Assembly (NCBI GenBank): GCA_964016885.1
Contig: OZ024764.1
Location: 9,486,001 to 9,550,000 of the forward strand
Source of the DNA: Eledone cirrhosa
Lineage: Eukaryota
Direction of reading: 5' to 3'
Length of the DNA: 64,000 bases
This document shows positions 60,815-64,000 of this stretch, in pieces. The notes under the pieces are model-generated. The model was not told the origin of the DNA, searched no databases, and worked only from the letters and a program-made list of their open reading frames with translations. Positions within the stretch are counted from its first letter, which is position 1; the number at the start of each line of letters is the position of its first letter. The position numbers and the translations under genes are program-made.

Positions 60815-63645
60815 ATAGATCCGGGGAACACACAAGCCAGGTAGATTATATCCTTACCAGAAGACGTGACAGAGTGTCTGTTGTTAACACTAAATCCCTC
60901 CCCCATGAAGAATGCACCTCCCAACATAGACTGATAATTAGCGACCTCATAGTCAGGACGAGACGTACTCGACAACAGAAGAGGACTATCCTCAGGAGGA
61001 AAATATGGAAGTTAAAGGACCCCACAGCCAGGAATAAATTTCAAAGCATATTACTTGATGCTTTCGACAGTAAGGAAGAACATTTAGAGTCGGACAATAT
61101 AGAGGGAGAGTGGGAATTTCTGAAAGCAAACCTGCTGTTGGCGACAGACGAGGTCTGTGGCTGGAGCAGGCCTGTAGGCAGGAGGAGAGTAACATGGTGG
61201 TGGAACAGTAAGGTGGAGGGGTCAATTAAGGCCAAAAAGCAGGCTTGGAAAGTATGGCGGGATGGGGGAAGTAGAGAGGACTATCAAGTGGCCAGGAGGG
61301 AAGCTAGGAGACAAGTGTACTTAGCAAGAAGGGAAGCTGAGGAAAGAAAGTTCAAGCATGTTCTACAACGCGATGACCAAAAACGTGAGGTGTTCAGGAT
61401 TGCTAGGCAATGCGTCAAGGAAAACCGTGATATTGTCGGGGAGAAGTGTGTACTAAACGACGATGGCACACTTGCCATCACCGACGCTGATAAGAAGGTA
61501 GCTTGGAAGTGTCACTATGAAAGGCTTCTAAATGAGGAGAATAATTGGGAGAAAGGCAGTCTCCCCCATATCGACCCAATAGAGGGACCAGCAGTGTTAG
61601 TCGAGGGGAGTATAATAAGTAAGGCAATCAAGGATATGAAGACTGGTAAGGCAGCTGGGCCTTCGGAAATAGTTGCTGAGATGCTGAAGGCATCTGGCAC
61701 GGTGGGACACACCATGGTCACCCGCATAGTTAACCAAGTCGTACAAAACGGGGTTGTTCCGAAGGACTGGCATAGCAGCATCATCGTTAACTGTTATAAG
61801 GGTAAAGGAGACGCCCTAGATAGGAGTAACTATAGAGGCATTAAATTAATCGACCAGGTCATGAAGGTCACGGAAAGAGTAATAGCGCAGCTAATCAGAG
61901 AGAGAATTGACCTAGATGAAATGCAGTTCGGGTTTGTGTCAGGCAAAAGTACCACAGACGCTCTTTTCATAGTACGACAACTACAAGAGAAGTACCTAGC
62001 TAAAGGTAAACCCCTCTACTTAGCTTTTGTCGACTTGGAGAAAGCCTTCGACAGAGTCCCCCGCTCCATTATCTGGTGGGCTCTTAGAAAACTAGGCGTT
62101 GACGAATGGCTTGTGAGGGCTATACAAGCCATGTATAAAGAAACAGTCAGCAAGGTTAGAATTAACAACGAATATAGTGAAGAGTTTAGCGTAAAAGTCG
62201 GCGTCCATCAGGGCTCTGTTCTCAGTCCACTACTATTTATTATTGCCCTTCAGGCCATAACAGAGGAGTTCAAGACAGGCTGCCCATGGGAACTCCTATA
62301 CGCAGACGACCTGACACTCATAGCGGAATCAATGGCCGAGCTAGAGAAGAAATTCCAAACATGGAAGCACGGCCTAGAGTCAAAAGGACTTAAAATTAAC
62401 CTGGCTAAGACCAAAGTACTAGTTTGTAGGAAAGAAAACAAGGCGGCGGTCCCTTCTGGGAAATGGTCGTGCTCGGTGTGTAGGAAAGGCGTAGGTAGAA
62501 ACTCCATTTTATGTCCTAAATGCAAAGTATGGGTGCATAAAAGATGTAGTGGGATCACAGGTAGGCTAACTAAGAACATAGATTTTACATGTGGCCGGTG
62601 CTCTGGTGCAATAAGTAGCAGCAAGTGCCCACAAACTACTAGCTCTTTCAATTGCGCAGAGGGTTCTATAGAAATAGTGGACAGCTTCCGTTACCTGGGC
62701 GATAAAATCAGCAGTGGGGGAGGGTGCTCTGAAAGTACTGTAGCTAGAGTCAGAACTGGTTGGAAAAAGTTCAGAGAGCTTATACCACTATTAGCTGCTA
62801 AAGGGTTCTCACTAAAAATGAAAGGCAGGTTGTACGATGCCTGCATACGAACAGCAATGCTGCATGGCAGTGAGACCTGGGCATTGTGTGCAGAGGATAT
62901 ACGCAGACTAGAGAGGAACGAAGCTTGCATGCTCCGCTGGATGTGTAACAGTAATATACGTGAACGGCAAAGCATAAACGAACTAAGGAATAAATTAGAG
63001 ATAAGAGGGATCAGATGTTGTTTACTCGAGAGAAGGCTACGTTGGTATGGACACGTGATGCGCATGAAAGTCGATAGCTGTATAACAAAGTGCAGGGCAA
63101 TAAAGATAGACGGTAGTCACGGAATAGGCAGACCTAGAAAAACCTGGGACGAGCTGATAAACTCCGACATCACACACTTACACCTCTCCAAGACAATGTC
63201 ACTGGACCGAGACCTTTGGCGGTACTCAGTAACAGAGAAGACCCGCCTTACCTAAATATATAGTAAAACCTACTCCAGCCAGTAGGCATCTCTAACAAAT
63301 ACACCCCGTCCCACCACCCCCACCCGATCCACACCACCCCGTTCTATGTAAAGTTATGTTGGTGCCGCGCCATCGAGGCCGAAACAAATGAGATCGTGTA
63401 GGTGTCACGACAAAAAAACACACAGTCCACGCTGTAATGTGGCCGTGTAGGCAACACGGTAAAAACCTCCCAGACCCACACTGTAAATGTGGTTGGTGTT
63501 AGGAAGGGCATCCAACTGTAGAAAACCTGCCAGACAGTCCTATGCGAGCAAGACAATCACTCTTGCCTCAAGTGGGACTACCCCCGTCCAAACCCATGCA
63601 AGCGTGGAACACGGACGTTAAACGCTGATGATGATGATGATGATG
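60815..63645 (+). mobile_element. RTE LINE (family A), 5'-truncated, with ORF2 uninterrupted over ~810 codons to 63255
   Basis: SQVDYIL, SQHRL, RT motifs including LYADD, PHD finger, RRLRWYGHV; 3' UTR and (TGA)n; flanked by (TA)n. Confidence 0.96.
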
Positions 63646-63676
<31 letters not shown>

Positions 63677-63681
63677 CATAC

Positions 63682-63719
<38 letters not shown>

Positions 63720-63724
63720 CATAC

Positions 63725-63934
<210 letters not shown>

Positions 63935-63943
63935 TATGTATAT

Positions 63944-64000
<57 letters not shown>

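Overview
This is AT-rich, microsatellite-laden eukaryotic DNA. The SINE/RTE repertoire suggests an octopod cephalopod (inference). There is a 200-N assembly gap at 31750-31949. The only host gene found is a minus-strand Cys-loop ligand-gated ion channel subunit (GABA-A alpha-like, closest to the invertebrate GRD/CG8916 type). Eight GT-AG coding exons between 41089 and 12274 splice into one open frame of about 421 aa, running from the N-terminal helix to M4 and the stop; the signal-peptide exon was not located. Its introns and flanks hold RTE LINEs carrying an internal PHD finger, R4/Dong, L1/Tx1 and CR1 fragments, V-domain and Meta-domain tRNA-SINEs, solo LTRs, piggyBac and Tigger-type MITEs, a Helitron remnant, several satellites and long near-perfect hairpins. 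Four things stand out. (1) Many minimal type-I hammerhead-ribozyme motifs of Penelope-like origin, several on the pre-mRNA strand close to exons. (2) An 11-copy tandem array of decoy copies of one exon's own 3' splice site just upstream of that exon. (3) A ~137-bp array built from the gene's own M4/stop/3'UTR. (4) A -1' Asp pore motif suggesting cation selectivity.
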